From assembly GCA_000182565.2 (NCBI GenBank), contig KQ257452.1: DNA of 48,109 nucleotides. One strand, written 5' to 3'. The position numbers and the translations under genes are program-made. The notes under the pieces were generated by a model that was not told the DNA's origin, searched no databases, and saw only the letters and a program-made list of their open reading frames with translations. Position 1 is the stretch's first letter; each line of letters begins with the position of its first letter. Source of the DNA: Spizellomyces punctatus DAOM BR117 (taxonomy: Eukaryota). This document shows, in pieces, positions 33,743 through 45,011 of the stretch.

Positions 33743-34996
33743 ATGTCAGAAGAAGTTGCTGTACCACGTAACTGGATCTTCTCAACCAATTCCTTCGCCA
33801 AAAGTTACTCCGATCCTCGCGGTGAGGGGGTGTCAATCTATTCTCCGATAGGTCAAAGTACATATACGACAAAGTCAAGAAACCTGACTCCGATTAAGAT
33901 CACTTGCGACTCGAATTCGGTCTCTTTCATTTTGCAGAAACTAATTCTGTCAATGGATGTTTCTGCATACGATAATGCAGGGAACCTGATAACTCCTGGT
34001 ACAGGTGTTAAAAACATGTATCTTGGCTTGGAATCCATTATTCAATCATTGACCATCAAAGCAGGAGGAGAAACAGTTGTCAATATACCAAACTATCCTC
34101 TTTATCTAGTACAAACGTACCGCAATCTATCTGCCGGTAGTAAGAAATTGTTGAGCCAACTTTCCGGATATGGAAACACCAATATCTTTGCAACATCGAG
34201 TACCATCTCCATCAACCATCACCCTTTTGTGGGTTTCTTTCATCCGACAAATGACCAGTTCTTCCCTGTTTGGGCACTTCCAAATCAAGCACTCGAAATC
34301 ATAATCACACTTGCGGATCCTTCAACCATCTTTACATCGGCTGGAGTTGGAGAGATAAGAGTATCGAATATCAGAACTTTAATTTCGTATGTTACACCAC
34401 CACCAAGCAGCGTCATCAATTCAACACGTGCTATAAGTGATGGAAAGCCAATATTCTATGACTATGTGCGCTCAACCCAAACGGAAAATGCATGTAGTGG
34501 TGGAAACCGGAATACATTTTTGCTTCATATGAGTGGTGTAAGGTCACTTCAAGGGATCGAAATGTCGTTTGTGGACGATGATGTTCTCAATGACCAGACG
34601 AAAGATAAGGCGCTAATGTATTCTTCACAAGGGCTACGCGAGTGGCGTATTCAACTGGGGCCAAATCTTACCATTCCAAGTGGAACGCAAGGGTTCAGCC
34701 ATAGCCCATCTGATAATCAAATGTTACTGGTCACACAGTTATCAAATAACAACTTTGACCAACTCGGGGAGATGGATATGTCATTCGCAGATTATGATTC
34801 AAAAGCCTTTTCATTTGGATGGAGTTTTGCCAGCAAGGATGAAGGCAGTCAGGCGGCATTGAGTTTTACAGGGACAGATGGCTTGTTAAGAGTGCATACG
34901 CAACATGCTGTTGCGCCTACGCAAAAGGTGCACATGGTCTCCACCTACCACGAGAATGTCACACTTTCCATTGGTGCTGTTGTGACTGTGGTTTGA
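33743..34996 (+). CDS. Putative major capsid protein (double jelly-roll)
   Basis: 417 aa, beta-rich; SIIQSLTIKAGGETVVNIPNY and KAFSFGWSF resemble PLV MCP signatures; lies in the morphogenesis module. Confidence 0.75.
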   Translation: MSEEVAVPRNWIFSTNSFAKSYSDPRGEGVSIYSPIGQSTYTTKSRNLTPIKITCDSNSVSFILQKLILSMDVSAYDNAGNLITPGTGVKNMYLGLESIIQSLTIKAGGETVVNIPNYPLYLVQTYRNLSAGSKKLLSQLSGYGNTNIFATSSTISINHHPFVGFFHPTNDQFFPVWALPNQALEIIITLADPSTIFTSAGVGEIRVSNIRTLISYVTPPPSSVINSTRAISDGKPIFYDYVRSTQTENACSGGNRNTFLLHMSGVRSLQGIEMSFVDDDVLNDQTKDKALMYSSQGLREWRIQLGPNLTIPSGTQGFSHSPSDNQMLLVTQLSNNNFDQLGEMDMSFADYDSKAFSFGWSFASKDEGSQAALSFTGTDGLLRVHTQHAVAPTQKVHMVSTYHENVTLSIGAVVTVV

Positions 34997-35034
34997 AGGG
35001 TTAAAATTGATAGCCCGCCTGGGGCGCCAAGAGC

Positions 35035-35226
35035 GCAGTGAACATTGTCCGCCGTTTTCGCTCTTTCTCTTTCAAGCTTCCCTTAGACAGCCACACGCTA
35101 CCTGTTTGATTATGGGGTTGGATGTAGGTTGAGGGTAAATGACCCCGAAGTCCAGTAACATGTTATACATAGAACCCGAGATCGGGGACAATCACCCTCG
35201 CCACCCAAATAGCAGTAGTTCACTGG
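35035..35226 (-). repeat. ~190-bp nested-palindrome repeat, copy 3 (most diverged)
   Basis: Same arms and core in reverse orientation, between MCP and the 99-aa ORF. Confidence 0.9.
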
Positions 35227-35232
35227 ATTAGA

Positions 35233-35532
35233 TCACTCGATTCTACCACCTGCCACCCTCTCAACAAAGTCGTCAGCGTTCTTGTGAAGTTCTGTAAGTT
35301 TCCTCAGCCCAGTGTCTCCATGACTAGAAATCTTTTGACTTTTCTCTCGGACTCCTGCTGAGAAAAGCGGTGACTCTTGTACTTGGCGATTTACGTGCTG
35401 CACATGTTTATTCAATGTAGTGGCATGCCGGACTGCTTGATTAGCAAAGTTCCTTGCTTTGGCAACATATGACGGCGCGTTATTCCACAGAACATTTGCC
35501 TTTGCTTTCGCTTTAGAAAACCAATTAGGCAT
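35233..35532 (-). CDS. Small amphipathic viral protein, 99 aa
   Basis: ATG-initiated MPNWFSKAKAKANVLWN; converges on MCP across a repeat copy. Confidence 0.55.
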   Translation of the reverse strand: MPNWFSKAKAKANVLWNNAPSYVAKARNFANQAVRHATTLNKHVQHVNRQVQESPLFSAGVREKSQKISSHGDTGLRKLTELHKNADDFVERVAGGRIE

Positions 35533-35597
35533 CTTGATTTATAGAACAGAAGAGATATTATTTTTTCAGCTCTACATAGCAAAGGAAAAAACCTAGT

Positions 35598-37064
35598 ATG
35601 GCATATTACCGAGCCAATTACTTGAGTGATACATATGCTATTTCGCCACCGATTCCAAATCTGCAAAAACGTCAAGTGGGTGTCGCACTAGACTATTCAA
35701 AGATTGATATCCTCGGACGACCACAAGTTGTCTATTCGTGGAACCGCAATGTCCATGAGAAAGACCTAGCAACAAAGACGAACTATGCAGCACCGAAATA
35801 TGAACCGAGGCTCTCGTCTTCTGATGTTCTGAAATTTTCGGCTGCCCAACGAACTACCAAGGCTTACAGGGACGGTCTTGAATATGTTAAAGCAGAGGAA
35901 GATTACAGGAAGAAACAGAAGTATCTTGATTCGATTACTCCAAGTAGACAAGGGAATGCATTGACCGTTGGAACGCAAAATTCCCTTTCAGGATTACCGA
36001 TTCCTGATGAATCAGGGCATGTGTTTTCCTATCCCGCATCAGTGACTTCCCAAACGGGCTTAATGTTTGAAGCACCACCTAATGGAAATGAGATTCCAGC
36101 ACAGCCACGTAATGTAAATTCTACTCCCCTAGAACCTGTAATTCTAACAAGGGAGACGGAAATTAGACGAGATGCAGTTGGAAATGACCGTGTCAATCAT
36201 GGGACTGGCGCTGCTGTTCCATTGGATGCGATGACAATGTCCGATGCTTATATTCCACCAATTCCAGGCAGTTTCCCTGGCTTGACTCCAGAGGTTCATG
36301 TGGAATCTCCTCAAATCGATGCCTCCGTGGAAACAATGCCTCGTAGTGCCGCACCAATTCCGCATGATACAGTACTCCTGAATGACCGCCATGATCCGTC
36401 TGGTGTAGCGGATGTTTTAGAGAGAAACTCCGTCAATGAAAAATTTATCCCGGTTCCTGCTAGAACTCCATTTCACTTCAAAGGTAAGGAAGCAACCATA
36501 TTAGCAGGTTCCAAAAGGAAAGCAAATGCACCCCCGCCGATTCCTCGGTTGAATAAAAAGAAGCAAAAAACAGAGCCAGTAACTCCACCATCAACCCCAT
36601 CACCTGTTGCTCCTCCACATCCTCCGGATGTGATTTTTGCTGGAGTTGCTCCTCATGGAACCAAAAGAAGACAGTACAAACAACCAGATGATAAGCAGAC
36701 CACGGTAAAAAGACAAAGAATAGATTCTTCTATACCCGAACGAGAGGAAGTAGAGGAAATTAGATTAACATCCCCTGAAGAAGTTGAAAAACATATACGA
36801 GCCAAAAATAGGAGAAAAGTCAATTTTGCACCAGCACCTCCGAATGTTGCTGTCAATCCTCCAACGTTAGTACCGCTAACCGCGGACTTGGGAAGCGAAG
36901 TACGTCCACTCGCAAGATTGCGAGGACAACGTGAAGCGGAATATGTTGTCCCTCCTGCACAAACACAATCGACACTGCGTGTGGAACCTACAGTTCGAAG
37001 TAGAAGGAGAAAAGGAGCAGAGGATGTCACACTTCCACCGAGGAAGAAACAGAGGATAGCGTAA
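35598..37064 (+). CDS. Pro/basic-rich disordered viral protein with NLS-like clusters
   Basis: 488 aa; KRKA, KKKQK, KRRQ, RRRK, PPRKKQR. Confidence 0.65.
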   Translation: MAYYRANYLSDTYAISPPIPNLQKRQVGVALDYSKIDILGRPQVVYSWNRNVHEKDLATKTNYAAPKYEPRLSSSDVLKFSAAQRTTKAYRDGLEYVKAEEDYRKKQKYLDSITPSRQGNALTVGTQNSLSGLPIPDESGHVFSYPASVTSQTGLMFEAPPNGNEIPAQPRNVNSTPLEPVILTRETEIRRDAVGNDRVNHGTGAAVPLDAMTMSDAYIPPIPGSFPGLTPEVHVESPQIDASVETMPRSAAPIPHDTVLLNDRHDPSGVADVLERNSVNEKFIPVPARTPFHFKGKEATILAGSKRKANAPPPIPRLNKKKQKTEPVTPPSTPSPVAPPHPPDVIFAGVAPHGTKRRQYKQPDDKQTTVKRQRIDSSIPEREEVEEIRLTSPEEVEKHIRAKNRRKVNFAPAPPNVAVNPPTLVPLTADLGSEVRPLARLRGQREAEYVVPPAQTQSTLRVEPTVRSRRRKGAEDVTLPPRKKQRIA

Positions 37065-37161
37065 GGTTTTTTCGCCCCATCTTTATCGATAAGATGGGCA
37101 CCGTCGAGCGCTTCGTCTTTTGCCAAGCTCCTCAAATTTTACTTCCTAGCTACAATATAAC

Positions 37162-40100
37162 ATGTCTGGAATTAATAGTAGACATTCTACGGGGTTACGT
37201 ACCGTAGATAACACAAATCTCTTATCTCCATATGTGACAGGCGAAATGGTTGGCTTCGATGTTGGAGCCAAGATAAAGGGGTTCGATGTTGGAGAATTTA
37301 AGCATTTATCTAATGAAAATGGTAAACTTAAAGTCAACGAGGTTGAAACCACCTCTGAATGCTTACCTTGTACGAATGAACATGGCGTCGTATCCATTGG
37401 ATTAAATGTTGATAACAAGAGGCTTGAAATTGATGAGGAGAGTCGGTTGACCACAATCGACGTATCTGCGCATCAACCTCTTGTCTACTCAAAAGAGGGT
37501 CATGATATCCAACTTCAGTTTGATGATTCATCTTTATCTGTAGAAGAAGAAAAACTGAAAGTGATTCCCGAAAATTATGAGTTCCCAATGTACCGTGATG
37601 ATGAATCGCGGACGGTTGGTATTCGAGTGGATGAGACATTATCCATTAACGAAAACGGACTTTCAGTGAACTTTCCACCACCGCCACCTCTAGAAACACT
37701 GAAGAAACCTCTATATCGGGATAATGGAATCGGTGTCAAACTTCACAAGAGTTTGAAGGTGAATAGTTCAGATGAACTCGAAACAAACTCAAGCCAACTG
37801 TTCAAAGCATTTGGGGCTATAAAGACATCCAGCGGTGCTGATACGCTGTTAGACATCGGGTCTTCATGGCTCGACTTTGGATTCGATAGTTTGACCGAAA
37901 TGACTAATGTGTTAGGAGAGGTAGACACCACAGCCATTCGCCTAATGGTAGATAGTTCCATATTCAGCCAAGCGGGTTCGAGATTGTCCCTGAAATCACC
38001 CGGATATGAACAAATCATGTATGGGAACCTTACTTATGGCTACTCGGGAAGTTCTTCATTCACCTATTCGTCCACGCTTCAGGAGTTGCGTGTACCCAAT
38101 GTAAAGTTAAGCGGAACATTGCCTGCGATTGGAGGTGGCTCGTATGCTGTAAGTAAAGACTATCTTTCGCAATTTTATCAAGGCTCTCAAACTGGAGCGA
38201 TCGCCGTGAGTCCGGAGGCTGCTGGACGTCGAGAGATAGGCTGTTTGGTCGATAATCAGACCATCAGAATTGTTGGAAATGCACTCACAGGTGGGTACAT
38301 TTTTCAGGACTTTAATGGCGTATCTATTCGACCTGGAACGACCAATGATGTGGTATTATCTCTTAAATGCGAGGCTGGCAGTTGTCTCCAAATGGTCAAA
38401 GCAGATACCATTAAAGACGTACTGACTTGCAGCAATGGTATCGAGAGAGTACAGAATGACCTTCAACTCGATCTAAAAGTTGATGCTAATTCAGGTTTGG
38501 CTATGGTCAACAGGGGAACCATACGGGATACCTTCACAGCCTCCCAAGGGGTAACCAGGACGGGGAACGACTTCAGACTGAGTTTAACAGCACAGTCACC
38601 CGATCTTACTCTAAACAATGGTGTTCTGAGTTCAAACATCGCTGCGGGAATTGGACTGCAAAAAAATGGTGCGATTTTGTCAACAAACCTAAGAGGTATC
38701 AATGGAGTGCAAGTTAGCGGCGATTTGATTTCATGTTCGATTTCAGGAAGCGATACTATTCTTCGCGTAGGCGATGCCTTAAGAGGTAATTATGTGGGCA
38801 GTACCAACTCATATGGAAGTATTATTGTTGTTGGAAATACGATTCAGTATAACATGATTCCTCCTCAATTCGTAAGTAACAGTCCAAATCTCATCATTAC
38901 AGGTTCGTATCCGCTTTATAACTTTACCCTCATTGACCCTACGCCATTATCGAAGCAAAGGGATACCGATAATACTGAACAGAGTGATACCGCAGAAGTG
39001 TTAAAAACGGATGTTCCATCAGGCAACACTGTTATTTTGTCCGGAGCAACTCCATTATCAACCGTACCTTTTCCAGCGATGGTCTCCCCGCCCTTGACAG
39101 TCCCTATGGCTGTAAACTCCATCCTCCCAATCGTCTCAACGTTCCCTTGGGGAATGATTTTCGGAGGGTCATGCAAACGTAAGGTTCAACGAGATGCGGA
39201 AGGACAACCTATACTCGATGGCGATGGAAACCCCATTTACGAACCAATAGACCCTGTTACCTTCATGCCACCACTTGAACCCGGGAGCAATGTCGCAATT
39301 GCTTCTGATCCAATAGGAGGTTGTACTCGTCTCTTGTTTGATATGCCTTCATGTTATCGAGGCATCAAATACGAATACCCTCAGCAAGCAATCAATCTCT
39401 CAATGTTAAGAGATTACGACAATGATGTTATCAAACCTTGGGTCGGAAGCCAGATAACTAATCTAACTTCAAATAATGTTACATTTGGCGGCAATATCTC
39501 AGGGAAAGTCATTACAGGAAGCAGAGTTCAAACGACCGCCTCTGTAGCAGGAGGCTCGTCTGTCTTTATTTCAAATAGTTTTGACAGTACAAAATCGTCT
39601 TGGCTGGGTCTGGATGGTTCTGGTCTTTTAGGGTATGCTAGTGATGCTGCTACGTGGTTAGGAGCACAAGACAAGCCGATTTACATTTACAGACGGACAT
39701 CTAGTGCAGTATCTCTGGGTCTAAGAGTGGACACAAATGGTTCATGCGTTGTAGGGGGTGACCTAACTGTCGGAGCCTCTTCTGTAAACGGTTTACGTTC
39801 CCTTATCGTAAGCAATCCGAGTACAGGGACGAACGGATGCAGCATTCTTTATCTAACGGCTTCAGGGGGTTCTGGAGTGATGTTTTTGAATGGAAACAAC
39901 CGGAGTTCGGACGGTGGGATTAACGCAATGACGTTGAGAAACGATATTGGTAACCTTCGGCTTCAAGCACAGACCGCTAGAGGACTAACAATACAGGCAA
40001 ACACTGGAATCGTTACGCTGGATGCTACAAATGATGCATCCTCTACAACAACAGGTGCATTACAAATTCCCGGTGGATTAGGAGTGCAAGGCACAGTGTA

Positions 40101-43100
40101 CATGGGAAAGTATGCTATTATATCTACTACAGCCGCTGCCGCCTTTCAAATAAACAACGCATCATTCGGATATACAGCAACAGCAGGTCAATGGGTAACA
40201 AATACCATTGCTGGAGACTACATCATTCGAGCCTCCGCTAGTAATTTGCGTATTGGTACAAATAATGCAACGGCTTCGAATTTGGATATTCTCTCATCTG
40301 GGAATGTTATTATCAATACGACAACTGATGCTACTTCCTCAACATCTGGCTCGTTCCAGGTGAAAGGTGGAGTTAGCATCGCTAAATCACTGTACGTTGG
40401 AGGGGATGTATACACAAATGGAGTGAAATTGGCTACTGAAAGTTCTCTAACAACATCCATTGCTACGAAGCAAAATGCCAGTCCTTTACTCGATGCAATC
40501 AGTGGTTTAACAACGACACCGAATTCCTTCGTCATGGGAACTGCTGGGGGCTTTACAGTATCACCTGTCTCTACAATTCTAGGGGGATTCCAACCTCTTC
40601 TTACTACATCGTCTGCATTGAATGTTAATTCTCTAACAACGAGTGGTGGAATATTTGTCCAAGGCACCTCAGATATAGTGTTTCGAGTAGATAATGTAGG
40701 CAATGGACTCTTGACAGGTGGCTTACTTGTTGAACATGATCTAAATGTTGAAGGACTGATCATTCAAAATGGAGTCGAAGTGGCTACGCAACAATGGAGT
40801 GTCGCTACAATGACCGGCATGACAAGTCCTCTTAGTCAATCCTTGACTTCGCTTCAAACACTTGTTCAGAATAACAAGGCCGCCGCAGATACAGCACTTG
40901 CTACTAAACAAAGTGCGTCTGCGTTACTCGATTCTATCAGCGGTTTAACGCCGGCGGCTAACACTTTCATCATGGGAACACCCACAGGGTTCTCAGTTGT
41001 TCCTACATCGAATATACTTTCCTCATATCAACCTCTTATTACCTCATCGACTGCGCTATCATTTAACAGTGCCACTGTTGGCGGGGGTATAACCATTCAA
41101 AATGGCGCAGCATCTACAACATTGTCCTTAGTAAATACTGGGAGTAATGTTACATGGGGCATGAGAGTTGCCGGAAGCACAGGAGACGGAACATTATCAG
41201 CAGGCGGATTCGGTCTAAATAGTTCTTATAACAATACAGGCTTTGTTCTGAGAGTTTCCAATACAGGCGTAACGCAGATACCAAACACAACCGATTCAAC
41301 TAGTGTGACAACAGGTGCTTTCCAGGTATCAGGTGGAGTCAGCATAGGAAAAACTCTAACCCTAGGAGCAGGTGGAGGAGGATTGCAGCCGGCTGCCATA
41401 GTCATCAATGCGCCTTCAAGTGCCACAGCGTCTACCGCCGTTCTGATTAGTAACAATGCTGCTTCGAGTAATTCTTGGGGTATATACCACGCTGCAACTA
41501 ATGGAACAGGTATACTTACCAATGGGAGCCTCGGGTTTTATAACTATGGAACTAGCGCCCATCAATTCATTCTCAAAGCCAATGGAACCATTGCCATCAC
41601 TTCGACTACAGACTCATCGTCGACTATAATGGGCGCATTGCAGGTATCAGGAGGTTTAGGTGTCGCTAAAATGCTGTACGTTGGTGGAGACATTTTCTCC
41701 AATAATCTCAAACTTGCAACCGAGAGTTATGTAGGGACAGCCATTGCTAATAAACAGGCATCAAGTCCACTATTATCGTCTATAAGCGGTCTTGCATTAT
41801 CAGCGAATTCATTTATTGTTGGGAGTTCTGCTACATCATTCTCGGTGAAAACTCCTGAAGAGGTGAAGACAATATTAGGCATTACCAATGTCGACATCTC
41901 AGGGAAGCAAAATGCAAGTCCTTTACTCGATTCCCTTGCATCGATGAGTCCAATGTCGAACATGTTTGTCATGGGAGATGATGTCCAAGGATTTACCCTT
42001 GTGAATGATATTTCCGTTCGAAGTATTTTAAACATTGTCGACTATGCCCCCAGCATATCAGCACTGCAAACATCGAAACAAGATGTTATAACATCTTCTA
42101 GTAATCTGTTGGCAAATACAATTCTTGCTAACGATACATCCGAGGCAACAACCGTATCAAGTGGCGCTCTACAGGTTAAAGGAGGAATAGGGGTTTCTAA
42201 AAGTATCTTCTCAGGTGGAAACATTACAGGAAAAGTTCTCATAGCCGCCTCTACAGGTGGATATTTCAAGTTGAGAAGTGACACTCCCTCTACGAAAGGT
42301 GACTACACTATCTCCTACAACAACTCCGGAGACGCCCTTCACGTCCACCTCGCCGGCTCGTCTGATAGCGTAGACCAACGTCGTTATGAATTCGGTCATT
42401 ATTCCAGTGATACCTTTGGAACATGGAATAGCCGATTCTCGGTTAACACCTACACCGGAGACCTCATCTCGTCCGGTAATCTAACTATCGGTTCGCCACT
42501 TAACGGGCTACGGGCTATTATTCTTAAAAACCTCGACTCTGGGAGCAATAGTTGTGCCATCCAATACTTCCAGAATGCAGCAGGTTCTGCTGTTATGTTT
42601 TTGAACGGAAACAACCGGAGTTCGGATGGAGGCGTTAACACAATGACATTGAGAAACGATATTGGAAATCTTCGGCTCCAAGCACAGACCGCTAAAGGAC
42701 TAACGATACAGGCAAATACCGGAAATGTCACAATTGATTCTACAACACCAGCATTGAGTTCTTCCACAGGAGCATTGGTCGTTTCAGGAGGTGTCGCGGT
42801 TGCTGCACATGTTGTTGCAGGAGGGAATCTGTATTCGAACGGTGCTGTCTATAGCAATGGTCAGGTTTGTGCTACTCAACCATGGGTTGCCAGTCAAACA
42901 TTTCTAAGAAATGTTCAAGTTATCAAACTTTTGACTAAAGACGTGTGGCAATCCAACAATGCCTCGAAGGTCTTCTATGTTTCAACACCTGGCAAGGTAC
43001 TTATGGAGTGGACGCTTAACCTCCATGGCACAGCAAACTCAAATGGTACATTGTCAATATTTCTCGGACAAAGCGCTGGGTCGATGCCTCTCGTGTACTC

Positions 43101-43269
43101 GAGCGACTTTAACTTTAATTCGGGAGTCAATCGTACAATCACAGCAGCCTTTGTTGTTACAGGGATGTCCGATAACATTGCTTACTTCACAAATTTTAGT
43201 ATCAGTCAGGCTGCTCCCGATAACACAACTGATGTTACCCTCATTAAAATCACTGAACTCGGACAATAG
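37162..43269 (+). CDS. Very long fibre/spike-like virion protein (2035 aa)
   Basis: Shaft-like beta repeats near the N-terminus; repeated STTTGALQVxGGxGV; KQxASPLLxxISGL x4; duplicated MFLNGNNRSSDGG..LRNDIGNLRLQAQTA block. Confidence 0.75.
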   Translation: MSGINSRHSTGLRTVDNTNLLSPYVTGEMVGFDVGAKIKGFDVGEFKHLSNENGKLKVNEVETTSECLPCTNEHGVVSIGLNVDNKRLEIDEESRLTTIDVSAHQPLVYSKEGHDIQLQFDDSSLSVEEEKLKVIPENYEFPMYRDDESRTVGIRVDETLSINENGLSVNFPPPPPLETLKKPLYRDNGIGVKLHKSLKVNSSDELETNSSQLFKAFGAIKTSSGADTLLDIGSSWLDFGFDSLTEMTNVLGEVDTTAIRLMVDSSIFSQAGSRLSLKSPGYEQIMYGNLTYGYSGSSSFTYSSTLQELRVPNVKLSGTLPAIGGGSYAVSKDYLSQFYQGSQTGAIAVSPEAAGRREIGCLVDNQTIRIVGNALTGGYIFQDFNGVSIRPGTTNDVVLSLKCEAGSCLQMVKADTIKDVLTCSNGIERVQNDLQLDLKVDANSGLAMVNRGTIRDTFTASQGVTRTGNDFRLSLTAQSPDLTLNNGVLSSNIAAGIGLQKNGAILSTNLRGINGVQVSGDLISCSISGSDTILRVGDALRGNYVGSTNSYGSIIVVGNTIQYNMIPPQFVSNSPNLIITGSYPLYNFTLIDPTPLSKQRDTDNTEQSDTAEVLKTDVPSGNTVILSGATPLSTVPFPAMVSPPLTVPMAVNSILPIVSTFPWGMIFGGSCKRKVQRDAEGQPILDGDGNPIYEPIDPVTFMPPLEPGSNVAIASDPIGGCTRLLFDMPSCYRGIKYEYPQQAINLSMLRDYDNDVIKPWVGSQITNLTSNNVTFGGNISGKVITGSRVQTTASVAGGSSVFISNSFDSTKSSWLGLDGSGLLGYASDAATWLGAQDKPIYIYRRTSSAVSLGLRVDTNGSCVVGGDLTVGASSVNGLRSLIVSNPSTGTNGCSILYLTASGGSGVMFLNGNNRSSDGGINAMTLRNDIGNLRLQAQTARGLTIQANTGIVTLDATNDASSTTTGALQIPGGLGVQGTVYMGKYAIISTTAAAAFQINNASFGYTATAGQWVTNTIAGDYIIRASASNLRIGTNNATASNLDILSSGNVIINTTTDATSSTSGSFQVKGGVSIAKSLYVGGDVYTNGVKLATESSLTTSIATKQNASPLLDAISGLTTTPNSFVMGTAGGFTVSPVSTILGGFQPLLTTSSALNVNSLTTSGGIFVQGTSDIVFRVDNVGNGLLTGGLLVEHDLNVEGLIIQNGVEVATQQWSVATMTGMTSPLSQSLTSLQTLVQNNKAAADTALATKQSASALLDSISGLTPAANTFIMGTPTGFSVVPTSNILSSYQPLITSSTALSFNSATVGGGITIQNGAASTTLSLVNTGSNVTWGMRVAGSTGDGTLSAGGFGLNSSYNNTGFVLRVSNTGVTQIPNTTDSTSVTTGAFQVSGGVSIGKTLTLGAGGGGLQPAAIVINAPSSATASTAVLISNNAASSNSWGIYHAATNGTGILTNGSLGFYNYGTSAHQFILKANGTIAITSTTDSSSTIMGALQVSGGLGVAKMLYVGGDIFSNNLKLATESYVGTAIANKQASSPLLSSISGLALSANSFIVGSSATSFSVKTPEEVKTILGITNVDISGKQNASPLLDSLASMSPMSNMFVMGDDVQGFTLVNDISVRSILNIVDYAPSISALQTSKQDVITSSSNLLANTILANDTSEATTVSSGALQVKGGIGVSKSIFSGGNITGKVLIAASTGGYFKLRSDTPSTKGDYTISYNNSGDALHVHLAGSSDSVDQRRYEFGHYSSDTFGTWNSRFSVNTYTGDLISSGNLTIGSPLNGLRAIILKNLDSGSNSCAIQYFQNAAGSAVMFLNGNNRSSDGGVNTMTLRNDIGNLRLQAQTAKGLTIQANTGNVTIDSTTPALSSSTGALVVSGGVAVAAHVVAGGNLYSNGAVYSNGQVCATQPWVASQTFLRNVQVIKLLTKDVWQSNNASKVFYVSTPGKVLMEWTLNLHGTANSNGTLSIFLGQSAGSMPLVYSSDFNFNSGVNRTITAAFVVTGMSDNIAYFTNFSISQAAPDNTTDVTLIKITELGQ

Positions 43270-43318
43270 ATGACGCGCGCACTGCCATCATTTAAAAAAG
43301 AAGCTATGCAAGATAAGA

Positions 43319-43630
43319 ATGCGATGCGCGGATATTGAAGGTCATTCAGTATTGAACATCAAGGACGCCGTGAAGGGCGACATGTGTAACTTCTGGAGGT
43401 ACTGTCAAGGTATGATGACAGGAGATAAAAAACGTATCATATTGTTTCTTCCGAAAACAGACCAGAACGAACACATCTTCAAAGAGATTATGTCAATCGT
43501 CCACTTGAAGAAACTGGATGAAATCTGCTTTCGAAATTCCGGCTACTTAGCCATCTTGCAGGATTGCGTTCTCTTAGGACACAATCATAATGAAAGGCTC
43601 TTTGTTCTAGAAATGCGGATGGAAACGTGA
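43319..43630 (+). CDS. Hypothetical viral protein, 103 aa
   Basis: ATG-initiated ORF directly after the fibre gene; no motif recognised. Confidence 0.45.
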   Translation: MRCADIEGHSVLNIKDAVKGDMCNFWRYCQGMMTGDKKRIILFLPKTDQNEHIFKEIMSIVHLKKLDEICFRNSGYLAILQDCVLLGHNHNERLFVLEMRMET

Positions 43631-43839
43631 ACGCAGCTTCCCTTTTTTTCTCTATAAAAAGATGGGGATGCAGATGGAGAACTGTATCCCCATTGGGTCA
43701 TACAGTCCTTTCCTTTTCATGGCTTCTTTCGTTGGACTGACCACAAAAAGAAACGAAAAAGAAACCACACGCATCTGAAACACAGATGCCAACACAGCTT
43801 TTTGTGCAGCGATGCACGGGTCTATTATGTAACACTCGA

Positions 43840-44217
43840 CTAAGATAACAGTTTTATTCCCATTGACGCTGATAAGCCCTCACATGCTCCTAATAAAAGC
43901 TCTAAAAATGCCAGTAATTTAACATGGCTTTCAATTGAGTCGATGTCCTGCATTTCATCCTCAACCATCAACCTAAGTTGTACACAGGTGAACAAGCAAC
44001 AACTCCACTGTTCCTCCATATCTTCGAATGTTGGATCATAATGAGCACTTTTAAATCCTTCTCTGATGCTTCCAAGAATGGTCATGTACTTTGTAATGCT
44101 CTGTTGATCTCTAATTTCTTCGCATGCAAAACACACTGCTAGCCATGCCCACCGAGTCATGGTTCGAAGGTGTATGAATTTCGGGTTCGACTCGCTATCA
44201 CTCTTTTGACTGCTCAT
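43840..44217 (-). CDS. Hypothetical viral protein, 125 aa
   Basis: ATG ORF with upstream TATCGATA (44315) and TATATA (about 44268-44274). Confidence 0.6.
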   Translation of the reverse strand: MSSQKSDSESNPKFIHLRTMTRWAWLAVCFACEEIRDQQSITKYMTILGSIREGFKSAHYDPTFEDMEEQWSCCLFTCVQLRLMVEDEMQDIDSIESHVKLLAFLELLLGACEGLSASMGIKLLS

Positions 44218-44406
44218 GTTGTTGAAGAATGTTTTAGAATTAGCAAGGGGGCAAGCCCTCCGCGCTGGATATATAGAGGGTGTTCTTTTCCGATTGGGCG
44301 AAAAGTACTTAAATTATCGATACGACAGGGATTTTTAGTATGCGCCACAAAAATTTACAGGGTCTACAGAGGGTCGGCAATTCCCCCATGGGGAATGAAA
44401 GACCAC

Positions 44407-44573
44407 GCAGTGAACAATGTCTGGTGTGAGGTGGCTCGGCTCTCCAAAGGTACTCTAGATAACCACGTGCTACCTGTGTTGATTATTGGGTGGTGTAGGT
44501 TGAGGGTGAATGACCCCGAAGTGCATTAACATGTTATACATGAAAACTGAGATTGGGGTCATTTACCCTCGCT
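44407..44573 (-). repeat. ~190-bp repeat, copy 4 (one end missing)
   Basis: Nearly identical to copy 5 apart from a short patch beside the core. Confidence 0.9.
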
Positions 44574-44609
44574 CATTCAAGATCACCAGGTAGCCACATT
44601 CTACTTTTC

Positions 44610-45011
44610 TTAAGCCTGCCATCCTCCAATCCCATCCCAGCGGTACTCCAGACTACGTAAATCTACTCGATATGCTTGCCAGTCGGGATTCCCTAGCTGA
44701 CTGCATTCAGCTATCCACTCCATCAGAAAACTATGGACGCTGAACAACATGTCAACAACACCGATTTCCTCTCCAACTTCGTCAAGTTCTTCTCCATATT
44801 TTCTCACTTTTTCTTTGTTGTCAACAAAAGGAACCCTCATATAAGGACTCTTCTCTGGGTTTGTCACGATGAAATTAATGATGTCTAAGACAATCGCTAT
44901 GATTTGTCTTTCCTCATCCGAGTTAGCATTGTAGCCCATTGTAGGAATAAGAAGAGAGCCATCCGTAGGCGCGCTGAATGTGATATTGAAGAATTCCTTG
45001 AAACTCGTCAT
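44610..45011 (-). CDS. Hypothetical viral protein, 133 aa, ending WDGIGGWQA
   Basis: ATG ORF with upstream ATCGAT and TATAAAAG. Confidence 0.65.
   Translation of the reverse strand: MTSFKEFFNITFSAPTDGSLLIPTMGYNANSDEERQIIAIVLDIINFIVTNPEKSPYMRVPFVDNKEKVRKYGEELDEVGEEIGVVDMLFSVHSFLMEWIAECSQLGNPDWQAYRVDLRSLEYRWDGIGGWQA

Noticed and set aside
37146-43266. Many antisense ORFs over the fibre, helicase, RPP0 and GH5 genes
   Set aside because: Shadow frames of long coding sequences, with no motifs.
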